NCBI RefSeq assembly: GCF_003265365.1
Contig: NZ_AUPM01000018.1
Location: 15,053-79,052 of the forward strand
DNA from: Petrotoga sp. 9PW.55.5.1
Lineage (GTDB): Bacteria > Thermotogota > Thermotogae > Petrotogales > Petrotogaceae
Direction of reading: 5' to 3'
DNA: 64,000 bases
This document shows, piece by piece, positions 10,456 through 20,066 of the stretch (position 1 is the first letter of the stretch; the number at the start of each line of letters is the position of its first letter). The position numbers were made by a program, and so were the translations under genes. Under the pieces are notes generated by a model. It ran no database searches. It saw only the letters and a list, made by a program, of their open reading frames with translations, and had not been told where the DNA came from.

Positions 10456-11170
10456 TATTTGTCACCTCTAAGAATAATTGCTCAAGAGATTTTTCTCCTC
10501 TTAATTTTCTTAAGTTTTTTATAGTTCCTTGGAAAACTATACTTCCTTTATCTATTATTGCTAATTCATCACAAATTTTTTCTGCAATTTCCATAACATG
10601 TGTGGAAAAAAACACTATGTTCCCATTAGAAACATGTTTCTTCATTAAATTTTTTAAAATGAAAGCAGATTCTGGATCAAGACCTACAATAGGTTCATCA
10701 AGAATCCATATTTTAGGCTCATGAATCAAAGCTGCGATTAAACTTAATTTTTGTTTCATACCGTGAGAATATGTGAAAATAGGGTTATTGATCACTTTTT
10801 CTAGTTTAAAAGTTTTTATTAACCAATCTCCTCTTTTTTCTTTTTCTTCGGGATCTACCTCAAATACGTTACATATAAAATTTAGATAAGATATTCCTGT
10901 TATTTTTTCGAATATAAGAGGCTCATCTGGTACAAAACCTATAATTTTTTTAATTTTTTCTGATTCTTTCTCCATATCCATATTATCCACAATTATTTTC
11001 CCAGATGTCGGCTTGTATAATCCCGTTATCATATTGATAGTTGTTGTCTTTCCAGCACCATTTGGCCCAAGAAAACCAAAAATTTTCCCCTCTTCTATTT
11101 TTAGATTCAAATTATTAACAGCAAGTACATTTTCAGAAAAACGTTTCGTTAGATTGATTAGTTCAATCAA
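10418..11170 (-). CDS. ABC transporter ATP-binding protein
   Basis: Walker A GPNGAGKTTT, signature region and Walker B ILDEP. Confidence 0.85.
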   Translation of the reverse strand: MIELINLTKRFSENVLAVNNLNLKIEEGKIFGFLGPNGAGKTTTINMITGLYKPTSGKIIVDNMDMEKESEKIKKIIGFVPDEPLIFEKITGISYLNFICNVFEVDPEEKEKRGDWLIKTFKLEKVINNPIFTYSHGMKQKLSLIAALIHEPKIWILDEPIVGLDPESAFILKNLMKKHVSNGNIVFFSTHVMEIAEKICDELAIIDKGSIVFQGTIKNLRKLRGEKSLEQLFLEVTNSESEKIDFSYLD

Positions 11171-11205
11171 CTTCTTAAAGCCTCCTCATAAAAAAGGTTG
11201 AAATC

Positions 11206-11946
11206 TTATGCTTCTTTGTTTTTGAAAACACAGTAAGAAAAGAAAATGCAAAGAATACCTATAATTAAAATAACAAATGAATATATCCAATTAATTTGCC
11301 CACCAAAAATATCCGAACCCAAAATGTATTTATAAGTGTTTAAAAAACCAAGTGGTTTTATCAATCCTAAAATAGTCGTTATTGCAAGTAGTAGTAATGA
11401 TGTAATTAATGATTTTACCTGAGAATCAAAAAGCACACTCATTAATATACTAATACTGTACCAAAAGAAAGCTCCAAATAATACATGAACCATAAATTTA
11501 AGGGTCAATATATGCTCAAAATTTTTTGATACTACTAAAGAATAAATGGAAGGTAAAAATGACAGAACACTTAGTATGATTAATAAAATCGCAAGACTAC
11601 CTACCAATTTATTTAAAAATACCTTCTTTCTAGGAAGTCGTACGAGTAAAAACTCAATAGTTCCACTCTCAAATTCTCTTGCGAACAGTGAAAAAGATAG
11701 AATTATTGCAATTATAGGTACAAATTGTCCGAAATTTTTGCCAAACCACTGTGAAGTCATGTAAAAATCCCAGTCTTTAAGATTTTGTACTAAATCTTGC
11801 CCGATAAATTGCTCAAACCCTTGCAAATCCTCATTAAATATTGAAACCATAAAATCTTGAAAGGGAGCAAAAGAAAAAAATAATCCAACCATTATAATTA
11901 ATATCAATATAGCTTTTCTCTTTTCTTCCATAATTTCTTTTTTCAT
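11206..11946 (-). CDS. ABC-2 family transporter permease
   Basis: 246-aa, six-TM-like membrane protein between two ABC ATPase genes. Confidence 0.55.
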   Translation of the reverse strand: MKKEIMEEKRKAILILIIMVGLFFSFAPFQDFMVSIFNEDLQGFEQFIGQDLVQNLKDWDFYMTSQWFGKNFGQFVPIIAIILSFSLFAREFESGTIEFLLVRLPRKKVFLNKLVGSLAILLIILSVLSFLPSIYSLVVSKNFEHILTLKFMVHVLFGAFFWYSISILMSVLFDSQVKSLITSLLLLAITTILGLIKPLGFLNTYKYILGSDIFGGQINWIYSFVILIIGILCIFFSYCVFKNKEA

Positions 11947-12767
11947 TTTTTTCTCCCTCCAGAATAATGTTTAACAATAGCTTCAAAGATCATATCAAAA
12001 GTAACTGGCTCTTGCTTCGAATTTACTTTATCTTTTTCAATTACATAAACTTTCTCATTTTCAGTTTGCCTATATAAAAAACCATCTAGTGAATTATTTT
12101 TATCAACTACACATGCGGTAAATTTATCTTTTATATTGTCAAGATAATCCATTTCAACTACCTTACTATTTACCATTATAGCCACCTTGTCAGCAATTTT
12201 CTCTACTTCTGGAATGACGTGACTTGTATAAAAGAATGATTTCCCCTCATATGAAAAATTTCTTATTAGTTCAAAAAAACGCAAACGTTTCATTGGATCC
12301 AACCCTTCCGTAGCCTCATCCAAAAAATAAATATCTGCTTCTTCAGACAAAACAATGGATAAATAAAGTTGCGTAAGCATCCCATGAGATAATTTTGAAA
12401 TTTTCTCTTCAAGAGGAATTTCAAATTCTTTTACAAATTGATTCGCTTTTTTTAATGAAAAATATTTAGAAATATTTGCTGTAATTTCAAGCATTTTTCT
12501 AACTGTGAGGTATTTATACAATTGTTTCTTTTCTGGAAGATAAGCATATTTGCCAAATAATTTTATTTCTCCAGAATCTTTTTTTCTCAGACCTAAAATC
12601 GTTTTAATAGTTGTAGTTTTTCCAGCACCATTAGGGCCTAACAAAGCAAAAATTTCTCCTTGTTCTACTTCAATACTTACATTATTTACCGCTTTTTTTT
12701 GATTGTAACTTTTGTTCAGATTTTCTACTTTTAGAATCATATATTTCCCTCCCAACAACTTCTTCAA
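11943..12767 (-). CDS. ABC transporter ATP-binding protein
   Basis: Walker A GPNGAGKTTT and LSHGM signature. The true start is probably the internal MILKVENL (about 12740). Still overlaps the GntR gene 3' end. Confidence 0.85.
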   Translation of the reverse strand: MKKLLGGKYMILKVENLNKSYNQKKAVNNVSIEVEQGEIFALLGPNGAGKTTTIKTILGLRKKDSGEIKLFGKYAYLPEKKQLYKYLTVRKMLEITANISKYFSLKKANQFVKEFEIPLEEKISKLSHGMLTQLYLSIVLSEEADIYFLDEATEGLDPMKRLRFFELIRNFSYEGKSFFYTSHVIPEVEKIADKVAIMVNSKVVEMDYLDNIKDKFTACVVDKNNSLDGFLYRQTENEKVYVIEKDKVNSKQEPVTFDMIFEAIVKHYSGGRKK

Positions 12768-13104
12768 AAACCTTTACAATTTCTTCTGGGGATACACCAG
12801 CATTTAGTGCCTTTTTTATTATTTGTTTTACTTCTGATAATACTTGTTTATTGAAATCTTTAAGATTTTCTGTTTTTAGAATATACCCTTCTCCTCGTTG
12901 AATTTCAATTATTCCCATTGTGCTTAGTTCTTTGTAAGCCCTGGAAACAGTATTAAAATTTACGCCTATATCCTCAGCAAGTTTTCTCACAGAAGGTAAA
13001 AAGTCTCCTTTTTTTAACTCACCTTGTGCAACTTTTACCATTATTTTTTCTACTATTTGTTTGTAAACTGGTACATGAGAAGAAAAATCTATACTAAACC
13101 ACAT
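12682..13104 (-). CDS. GntR-family transcriptional regulator (YtrA-like short form)
   Basis: N-terminal winged HTH SVRKLAEDIGVNFNTVSRAYKEL. 140 aa. First gene of the ABC operon. Confidence 0.8.
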   Translation of the reverse strand: MWFSIDFSSHVPVYKQIVEKIMVKVAQGELKKGDFLPSVRKLAEDIGVNFNTVSRAYKELSTMGIIEIQRGEGYILKTENLKDFNKQVLSEVKQIIKKALNAGVSPEEIVKVFEEVVGREIYDSKSRKSEQKLQSKKSGK

Positions 13105-13124
13105 AATTTATCACCCATTTAAAA

Positions 13125-13167
13125 TTGACTGCTATCATATTATACTATGATAGCAGTCAAAAGTCAA
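13125..13167 (-). promoter_or_regulatory. sigma70-type promoter (TTGACT-17-TATAAT on the minus strand) overlapped by a perfect 15-bp inverted repeat, candidate GntR operator
   Basis: Inverted repeat TTGACTGCTATCATA-n6-TATGATAGCAGTCAA at 13125-13160. -10 at 13139-13144 and -35 at 13162-13167 (minus strand). GGTGA RBS before ATG 13104. Confidence 0.5.
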
Positions 13168-13204
13168 GTTTCCATTTCAATATTTGTTTCAGTACAACCT
13201 TATC

Positions 13205-13249
13205 TTATTTATCCTACAATAAAGAAAAGTCAAGTTTTTATTATGATAG
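13205..13249. repeat. 45-bp inverted copy (43/45 identical) of a coding segment of the 14659-16005 gene (15504-15548)
   Basis: Direct comparison. Both copies encode LSYLSYNKEK. The copy lies in the U32 3' flank, upstream of the GntR promoter. Confidence 0.75.
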
Positions 13250-13430
13250 TTGCCCTACTTATGTTAAAGGAAAGTGTTTAGGTTGCAGAACAGCCCAAAA
13301 AGATGAAAGAACTTATTGACCAAAAGAATGCTTTCTAAAATTATCGATAAAAAACCGCTATAATTTTTTTAGTAAAAATGATAATATTCTTATTATAAAA
13401 GTTAATATTAAGTGTGTCAAAATATTATTA

Positions 13431-14657
13431 TTAAGAATCAGATATATTCATTGTTCTTATTAGATCTCCAACTTCTAGTGGTTTTTCACTTTCTATAACG
13501 ATTTTTTGATTAGGATTGGCTTCTTCTAAACTTTCTCCTGCTTCATAGTCTACGATTTTATTTAGATGAATCGTTATATTACTTCCAGTTCCCGGTATAA
13601 TTTCTACTACATCATTTTTCCTGATTTTATTTCTAACATCTACAATATATTTGTTTTCTGAAATTTTTTCTATTACTTTACCAACGAACTTATAATTTCT
13701 TATATAAGAAGACGTTTTATAATTTTGCGAATCCTTTCCTGGCTTGTTTAGATAAAATCCACTGGTATATTCCCTATGGCTAACACCTTGAAGTTCTTTC
13801 ATCCATTTTTCTTTGTTCTGAGTGTTTAAATTTCCTGAGTAATAACTGTCTATTGCTTCTCTATATACCTTTGTTGTTACTCCTGCATAATATGAGCTTT
13901 TCATTCTTCCTTCTATCTTTAAACTATCAACACCCGTTTCTATTATTTTGTCTAAGAAATCAATAGTGCAAAGATCTTTTGAGTTCATTATATATGTGCC
14001 TCTTTCATCTTCAAAAACCGGGAAATATTCTCCAGGCCTTTTTTCTTCCATTAGATGGTATTTCCATCTACATGGTTGAGTACATTCGCCCCTGTTGGCA
14101 TCTCTTCCTGTTAAATAATTACTTAAAAGGCATCTTCCGGAAATAGAAATACACATAGCTCCATGTATGAAAACCTCTAATTCAACATCAGGAACTTTCT
14201 GCTTAATTTCTGATATTTCTTTTAAAGACAGTTCTCTTGCCAAAATGATCCTTTTTGCTCCCAGTTCCTTCCACATAGCAACACTTGCCCAGTTTGTGTT
14301 GCTGGCTTGTGTGCTTATAGTTATTGGCAAGTTTGTATGTTTTCTTATTATATTAAATACCCCTAAATCGGCTACTATTACTGCATCTACTTTTAAACTT
14401 TCAAGATATTTTGTATATTCAGGAAGTATTTCTAAATCTTCATTATGGGGTATTGCATTCACGGTAATGAAAAGTTTTTTCCCTAAGTTGTGAGACAATT
14501 TAATGGCCTTTTCTAATTCTTCATCTTCAAAATTCTTAGAAAAGGCTCTTAGATTTAAAACTTTTCCACCAATATATGCAGCATCAGCTCCATAATGATA
14601 AACCGTTTCTAATTTTTCATAATTTCCAGCTGGCGACAATAATTCTACTTTCTTCAT
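13431..14657 (-). CDS. peptidase U32 family protein (collagenase-like/TrhP-like)
   Basis: N-terminal MKKVELLSPAGNYEKLETVYHYGADAAYIGG and IEGRMKS motifs typical of the U32 family. 408 aa. Confidence 0.75.
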   Translation of the reverse strand: MKKVELLSPAGNYEKLETVYHYGADAAYIGGKVLNLRAFSKNFEDEELEKAIKLSHNLGKKLFITVNAIPHNEDLEILPEYTKYLESLKVDAVIVADLGVFNIIRKHTNLPITISTQASNTNWASVAMWKELGAKRIILARELSLKEISEIKQKVPDVELEVFIHGAMCISISGRCLLSNYLTGRDANRGECTQPCRWKYHLMEEKRPGEYFPVFEDERGTYIMNSKDLCTIDFLDKIIETGVDSLKIEGRMKSSYYAGVTTKVYREAIDSYYSGNLNTQNKEKWMKELQGVSHREYTSGFYLNKPGKDSQNYKTSSYIRNYKFVGKVIEKISENKYIVDVRNKIRKNDVVEIIPGTGSNITIHLNKIVDYEAGESLEEANPNQKIVIESEKPLEVGDLIRTMNISDS

Positions 14658-14658
14658 T

Positions 14659-16005
14659 TTATTTTATATCCACCTCAAATTTATAAAATAAAAACAACGT
14701 TTCAAATTCATCTCCGCCATTTTTTAGTGATTTCCAATTCAATCCAAAATCTCCTAGTTTAGAATCCAATAAAATTCTAAATTCTATACTATTAATTTCC
14801 CCATGTGCGTTGTAACCACTATCAAAAATATAACTTAGATAACCTTTTTCGAAAGCCAAAGTTAGATCTAAACTGTTGATTTTAGAATCTTCTCCATATT
14901 TAAAACCAAAAGGATAATCAAAAAAGATCCTTGCTCCTGGATCGTTTGATAAAGCTATCGTACGGTAGTACAAATTATTATATGGGTAATCGCTAGAGAA
15001 AAAGGAATCTTCTACCTCGTATCTTTCAAACCCTATTTTAAATTTCAAACCATCAAAATCAAATGTTTTTGATATTCCTAATCCGTACCCACCCTTAAGA
15101 GTATCATAATTTATTGCGTACTCCCCATCCAAATTAATTCCTAGAAATGGTATGAGCTTAATATATCCCCCATAAATTCCCACATCGGATTTAACAAAAA
15201 CATTTATAGGATTAGGAAGCTTCCCTGCTACCTGATTCAATGAACTAATTCCCAGATATAATTTTTCATTGGGATTATAATTTAATCCGTTGTAAAAGGC
15301 GTTTCTAAAGGCAATAAAATCCTCATCCATCTTTTCATATTCTTGCTTTGACATCATTGGAACCATCGATATAATTGCAAAATCATAATCAATTTGGGAA
15401 TTAAATCTGTAAGAAAAAGCAAATGTATCGTAATAAGGCGAATTATCCGATAAAACAAGATTATACTTCATTGGGCCATAAGAAAGAGGTACTCTACCTA
15501 CAAAAAAACTTAACTTTTCTTTATTGTAGGATAAATAAGATAAGGTCGGAAAATCTAATCCTATATAAACTATATCAGGTAAATCAAAAAGATTATAATT
15601 TCCATACTTGAAATACGTTGTGTCTGCTAACCTAAAATCAGCAATGAATTGTGCATAGAAATAGTCTTCATAATAAGATTTAAAACCAAAAGAAAACAAC
15701 TCTCCGTTTTTTAAAACAAAGTCTCTGAACAAATTCTCTTTTATATTCGTACTTCTATACCAGCCACCTGAGACTAAACTAAAATTATCTACTAACCTTT
15801 CTTCATATTTTAGATCGAAAGTAAAACTTAAATAATTTTCAAAGCCTTCGACGTTATTTTCATCATCGTAGATTGGATATTTTAAATTGTTACCACCCAA
15901 AAAAACAAAATAATATTTTGGGTCTTCTTTAGTTAGAAATTTGGCTGACGAAAAACTTAAAATCACAAAAAAAATACTAGCAATAAGTAAAGTCAATTTT
16001 TTCAT
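14659..16005 (-). CDS. hypothetical secreted, aromatic-rich protein (putative outer-membrane/toga beta-barrel)
   Basis: Signal peptide MKKLTLLIASIFFVILSFSSA. Y/F/G/N-rich with alternating hydrophobic pattern. Confidence 0.45.
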   Translation of the reverse strand: MKKLTLLIASIFFVILSFSSAKFLTKEDPKYYFVFLGGNNLKYPIYDDENNVEGFENYLSFTFDLKYEERLVDNFSLVSGGWYRSTNIKENLFRDFVLKNGELFSFGFKSYYEDYFYAQFIADFRLADTTYFKYGNYNLFDLPDIVYIGLDFPTLSYLSYNKEKLSFFVGRVPLSYGPMKYNLVLSDNSPYYDTFAFSYRFNSQIDYDFAIISMVPMMSKQEYEKMDEDFIAFRNAFYNGLNYNPNEKLYLGISSLNQVAGKLPNPINVFVKSDVGIYGGYIKLIPFLGINLDGEYAINYDTLKGGYGLGISKTFDFDGLKFKIGFERYEVEDSFFSSDYPYNNLYYRTIALSNDPGARIFFDYPFGFKYGEDSKINSLDLTLAFEKGYLSYIFDSGYNAHGEINSIEFRILLDSKLGDFGLNWKSLKNGGDEFETLFLFYKFEVDIK

Positions 16006-16011
16006 TTTTTC

Positions 16012-16989
16012 TCACTTTATTTTTAATACAAAGTATTCCCAGAAATTTCTAATATAAACAACTATAGGCAAAGCGATAAGAACACCTAAAAGACTGAATA
16101 ATTCACCAAATAGAAGAAGCGAAACAATAATAACAAACCAGTGTAAATTCAGAGCATTACTTTGAATCTTTGGATGTAAAAACCACATCTCTAATTGATT
16201 AGCAAGAGTTAAAATTATCAGTCCCAATATCAGCCCTATTAATCCATTTTCAGTGAAAGCAAGCATAAGCAGAGGTATTGCTGAAATTACAACACCCAAA
16301 TAAGGTATAAAATCAGTTATCCAAGCTAAAACTCCTAAAAAAAGAGCGCTTGGAATTTTCAATATAAAAGACATAACACCTATAAAGGTACCAAGCATTA
16401 AAGCTGCTAAAAACTGTCCGAGAACGAATCTTTCAAACTGTGAATAAGTCTCTTTTATAAATTTCAAACCTCTTTCTCTATCACTTACTGGATAAAGTTT
16501 CCATACATTATTTTTTGCTACAGATCTTAAAGATCCTATCGCGGTTGTTGTAATAACCAAAACTATTGTTGCAGTAATCAAGTTAGGCACATAGGCAATC
16601 ATTTGGTTTATTATATTCAAAGCAAAATCAGATAAGTTTTGATTGAGTGAATTAATAAAATCTATCAACCATACAGGTAATTGGGCTAATTGCTCTTCTT
16701 GAGGAATAGTTAAAGTTGAAAGCATCGAAAACAATTTTCTTCCTTCATTAATAACAACTGGAAAGAAATTAATCCCCGCATAAAGTATAAGTCCTAGAAC
16801 AAGAACGTGAGATATGACAGATGACACTTTTGGATTCATAAACTTGGACAAAAGACCTTTAGGAGCTTCTATTAACATAGAAATAAATACACCTAAGATC
16901 AGAGCACCAATAATAAAAGGGGAAAAATAAGCTAAGAAAAGAAATATTACCAAATATATCAGCGTTAGCCAGCCACCATAAGATAACAA
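16012..16989 (-). CDS. AI-2E family transporter (PerM/UPF0118-like) membrane protein
   Basis: 325 aa with 7-8 TM segments, a size and topology typical of PF01594. Confidence 0.5.
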   Translation of the reverse strand: MLSYGGWLTLIYLVIFLFLAYFSPFIIGALILGVFISMLIEAPKGLLSKFMNPKVSSVISHVLVLGLILYAGINFFPVVINEGRKLFSMLSTLTIPQEEQLAQLPVWLIDFINSLNQNLSDFALNIINQMIAYVPNLITATIVLVITTTAIGSLRSVAKNNVWKLYPVSDRERGLKFIKETYSQFERFVLGQFLAALMLGTFIGVMSFILKIPSALFLGVLAWITDFIPYLGVVISAIPLLMLAFTENGLIGLILGLIILTLANQLEMWFLHPKIQSNALNLHWFVIIVSLLLFGELFSLLGVLIALPIVVYIRNFWEYFVLKIK

Positions 16990-17024
16990 TAGTTTCGCCC
17001 TCCATTTCTATTAAGAATATTATT

Positions 17025-17579
17025 TTATAAAACGTAATTCTTTCTTTTTTTTAGGTACATATCTCTAATATAGTCTAATTCCTTAAGATAAATTGGATCT
17101 TTGAAATTAGAATAGGTATATTTTAATGGTTCCCACTCTCCAAAATTGTACATCAGAGTAACTTCTGCGTAGATATTCTTACCTATGTATAACCTATTAC
17201 CCCAATGTTTCGTGCTAGCTAAAACAAACTGGGTATGATGCAAATAACCGATATCCAAATTTACTTTTCTATTATTATCTACAGAGTATAACCTCTCTAT
17301 TTCATTGGTTATCAACTTTGCATCAGGAAGAAATGCAGGAGAACCGAGGTTTTTAAAACTAATAAGCCTCCCTTCAATTTTGATGTTTTTGCCCATTTCT
17401 TCATTATAGTAATAAGTAAAACGTTGAAAATCTAACGGTTTAGAAACATAATCAACAAGACCAAAATGGTCCTCAAGAATATTCTTTAAGTTCATTTTAT
17501 TCAACCAAAGCTCTGAATCTCCTGCGGTAAAAAGATGGATCACATAATTTACAAGATCAGCTACCTTAGTCTTCCCCAT
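17025..17579 (-). CDS. conserved hypothetical protein (184 aa)
   Basis: ORF overlapping the upstream HTH membrane protein gene by 14 nt. No motif I can name with confidence. Confidence 0.45.
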   Translation of the reverse strand: MGKTKVADLVNYVIHLFTAGDSELWLNKMNLKNILEDHFGLVDYVSKPLDFQRFTYYYNEEMGKNIKIEGRLISFKNLGSPAFLPDAKLITNEIERLYSVDNNRKVNLDIGYLHHTQFVLASTKHWGNRLYIGKNIYAEVTLMYNFGEWEPLKYTYSNFKDPIYLKELDYIRDMYLKKRKNYVL

Positions 17580-18177
17580 ATGTTAAGCTCACCTCAAAAT
17601 TTTCAATTTTTATACTATATTTAGCTATTGGTGTTTCAATAAGGGTTTCTCCTTGATTATTTTCAAATTCTATTTTTTCTCCGAAAGGTAGCTCGATTAT
17701 TAGACTTTCTTTTGGCTCTAATGCTTTATCTCCAACTGTTATTTGTGAAGGACCGTTATTGATAATATTCAGTGTGTAAATATTCCTTTTTAAAACGTTA
17801 TTATAATACCGTAGGTCTTTTATCAAAAAATATAGAAACACTAAATTAACTATTAAAAAACACGTAATTATCAAACGATAAAAGCTGACTTTTAAATTTT
17901 TAGATACTTTTTTTATTTCCTTTTTCTCTTCTTTTTCATATTCTTCCTTAAAAATTATATTTACTTCTTCGCCCAGCAAAGAGCTGAGTCTCTTTGATAT
18001 ATCAAACAATGATACTTTTGTGAAAGTATCAAATTGCCCATTTATTAGGTTTTCTAAGGTGATGATTGGGATTTTTAATTCCTTAGCGATTTGTTCTTTC
18101 GAATATTTTGATTTTTCTATTAAATTATTTATATCTTTATCCCAGTAAGCTTTAATCATTTTCCCTGAACCCCACAA
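17566..18177 (-). CDS. HTH (XRE-like) domain membrane-anchored protein, RodZ-like
   Basis: N-terminal HTH EQIAKELKIPIITLENLINGQFD, one TM segment (LIITCFLIVNLVFLYFLI) and a C-terminal beta-rich domain. Confidence 0.45.
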   Translation of the reverse strand: MWGSGKMIKAYWDKDINNLIEKSKYSKEQIAKELKIPIITLENLINGQFDTFTKVSLFDISKRLSSLLGEEVNIIFKEEYEKEEKKEIKKVSKNLKVSFYRLIITCFLIVNLVFLYFLIKDLRYYNNVLKRNIYTLNIINNGPSQITVGDKALEPKESLIIELPFGEKIEFENNQGETLIETPIAKYSIKIENFEVSLTYGED

Positions 18178-18248
18178 TCTTTGTTTTGTAGTTAATTATA
18201 TCACACTATTTTTGAAAATATTTTAGTAGATACTTCTGTAAAAAATAT

Positions 18249-18277
18249 TTGTAAATTACAAAATAATAGGGTAAAAT
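18249..18277 (+). promoter_or_regulatory. candidate promoter TTGTAA-17-TAAAAT upstream of the mutase operon
   Basis: Hexamers and spacing read in the sequence. Confidence 0.3.
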
Positions 18278-18353
18278 ATTAATAATATATAATAATGAAA
18301 TTTTTTTCATACCATATTATAAAAATACACCATCACTCCCAAAGGAGGAATTA

Positions 18354-20036
18354 TTGATGTTTGATAAGGAAAAAATCGACGAAATAGAAAAAAAGAAAAG
18401 AGACTGGGAAGAAAAAACATTGAATAAAACATTAGCGAAATTTCCTGAAAGAAAAGAGAAATTTCACACTACTTTCGAAGAAGACATATTACGAATTTAT
18501 ACTCCTTCAGATATAGAAAACTTAAACTATTTAGAAGATTTAGGATTCCCGGGAGAATACCCTTTTACTAGGGGAGTTCAACCTACTATGTACAGAGGCA
18601 AATTTTGGACCATGAGGCAATACGCTGGATTTGGAACAGCAGAAGAATCAAACAAAAGGTATAAATACTTATTAGAACAGGGTCAAACTGGTCTTTCTAT
18701 TGCTTTTGATCTTCCTACACAAATAGGATACGATTCAGATGATCCTATGAGTGAAGGGGAGGTAGGCAAAGTTGGGGTTGCAATAGATTCTTTAAGAGAT
18801 ATGGAGATTTTGTTTGATGGTATCCCCCTAGATAAAGTTAGCGTATCCATGACTATCAATTCCACTGCAATGATCCTGTTAGCAATGCTTATGGTTATAG
18901 CAAAAAAACAAGAAGTACCATATGATAAATTAAGAGGGACTATACAAAACGATATATTAAAGGAATATATGGCAAGAGGAACTTACATATTTCCTCCAAA
19001 AGAGTCTATGGATTTAATAGTTGATATTTTCGATTATGGAAGTAAAACTCTTCCAAAATTCAATTTAATAAGTATAAGTGGATACCATATTAGAGAGGCT
19101 GGAGCAAATGCTGCACAAGAGGTAGCTTTCACTTTAGCAGACGGTATAGCATATGTAGAAGCAGCGATAAAAGCCGGCTTAGATCCTAATGAATTTGGTA
19201 AAAATCTTTCGTTTTTCTTTAATGCTCACAATAATTTTTTAGAAGAGATTTCAAAATTTAGGGCAGCAAGAAGATTATGGGCAAAAATCATGAAGGAAAG
19301 ATTCGGTGTAACCGATGAAAGAGCTATGAAACTAAAGTTTCATACCCAAACAGCTGGTTCTACCTTAACGGCTCAACAACCCTTAAACAATATAATAAGA
19401 GTAACTATACAGGCATTAGCTGCGGTTTTAGGAGGCACACAATCACTTCACACTAACTCCTATGATGAAGCTTTAGGTTTACCTACCGAACAAGCTGTAA
19501 CCATTGCTTTAAGAACCCAACAGATTATAGCTCATGAAATGGGAGTTACTGAAACTGTAGATCCTCTAGCAGGATCGTTTGCCATAGAAAAAATGACTTC
19601 ACAGATAGAAGAAAAAGCAATAAAGTACATTAATGAGATAGATAAAATAGGTGGTATGGTTAAAGCTATAGAGATAGGATATCCTCAAAAAGGAATATTG
19701 AATAGTGCTTACAAAACACAAAAAAAGATAGAAGATAAAGAACAAATTATTGTGGGCGTTAACAAATACAATTCAGATGCTGAAGAAAAAGTGGAAATGC
19801 TTAAAATGGATGAAAACATTGAAGAAAGACAAATTCAAAAACTTAAAAAATTGAAAAGTGAGCGAGATACTAATAAAATACAAAAATCCCTAGAACGACT
19901 TAAAAAAGCAGCAACAATAAGAGAAAATCTTTTCCCCTTTGTCATTGAATGTGTAGAGAATTATGCAACAATTGGTGAGATAATAAAAACATTAAAAGAA
20001 GTCTATGGAGTTTACGAAGAAAACTTAACTATATAA
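18354..20036 (+). CDS. mcmA1: methylmalonyl-CoA mutase, catalytic (N-terminal TIM-barrel) subunit of a split enzyme
   Basis: 560 aa. A strong family match with no B12 domain. The B12 domain is a separate gene at 21726. Confidence 0.85.
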   Translation: MMFDKEKIDEIEKKKRDWEEKTLNKTLAKFPERKEKFHTTFEEDILRIYTPSDIENLNYLEDLGFPGEYPFTRGVQPTMYRGKFWTMRQYAGFGTAEESNKRYKYLLEQGQTGLSIAFDLPTQIGYDSDDPMSEGEVGKVGVAIDSLRDMEILFDGIPLDKVSVSMTINSTAMILLAMLMVIAKKQEVPYDKLRGTIQNDILKEYMARGTYIFPPKESMDLIVDIFDYGSKTLPKFNLISISGYHIREAGANAAQEVAFTLADGIAYVEAAIKAGLDPNEFGKNLSFFFNAHNNFLEEISKFRAARRLWAKIMKERFGVTDERAMKLKFHTQTAGSTLTAQQPLNNIIRVTIQALAAVLGGTQSLHTNSYDEALGLPTEQAVTIALRTQQIIAHEMGVTETVDPLAGSFAIEKMTSQIEEKAIKYINEIDKIGGMVKAIEIGYPQKGILNSAYKTQKKIEDKEQIIVGVNKYNSDAEEKVEMLKMDENIEERQIQKLKKLKSERDTNKIQKSLERLKKAATIRENLFPFVIECVENYATIGEIIKTLKEVYGVYEENLTI

Positions 20037-20051
20037 AATAAAAAACAATGA

Positions 20052-20066
20052 ATTACCTTCAAAATA
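20052..20066. repeat. left copy of the direct repeat ATTACCTTCAAAATA flanking the IS (putative target-site duplication)
   Basis: Matches 21693-21708 with one extra A. Confidence 0.55.

Noticed and set aside
13125-13319. 64-aa plus-strand ORF between the GntR gene and the U32 gene
   Set aside because: It covers the GntR promoter/operator palindrome and the 45-bp duplicated fragment. Its apparent homology to the outer-membrane-like protein (LSYLSYNKEK) is a consequence of that DNA duplication, not an independent gene.
18178-18353. Searched the 176-bp region upstream of the B12-dependent mutase operon for a cobalamin riboswitch
   Set aside because: The region is extremely AT-rich, lacks a B12-box-like GC-rich core, and is too short and unstructured. 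It is an ordinary promoter region (TTGTAA-17-TAAAAT).
19915-19922. Possible single-base inconsistency in the A-run near the 3' end of the mutase catalytic gene
   Set aside because: By my manual count the text at 19917-19921 seems to carry one more A than the ORF-track translation (…AATIRENLF…) and end coordinate (20036) imply. That would put a TGA in frame at 19947-19949. I cannot verify the count without tools, so I treat it as my own counting error and not as a frameshift.
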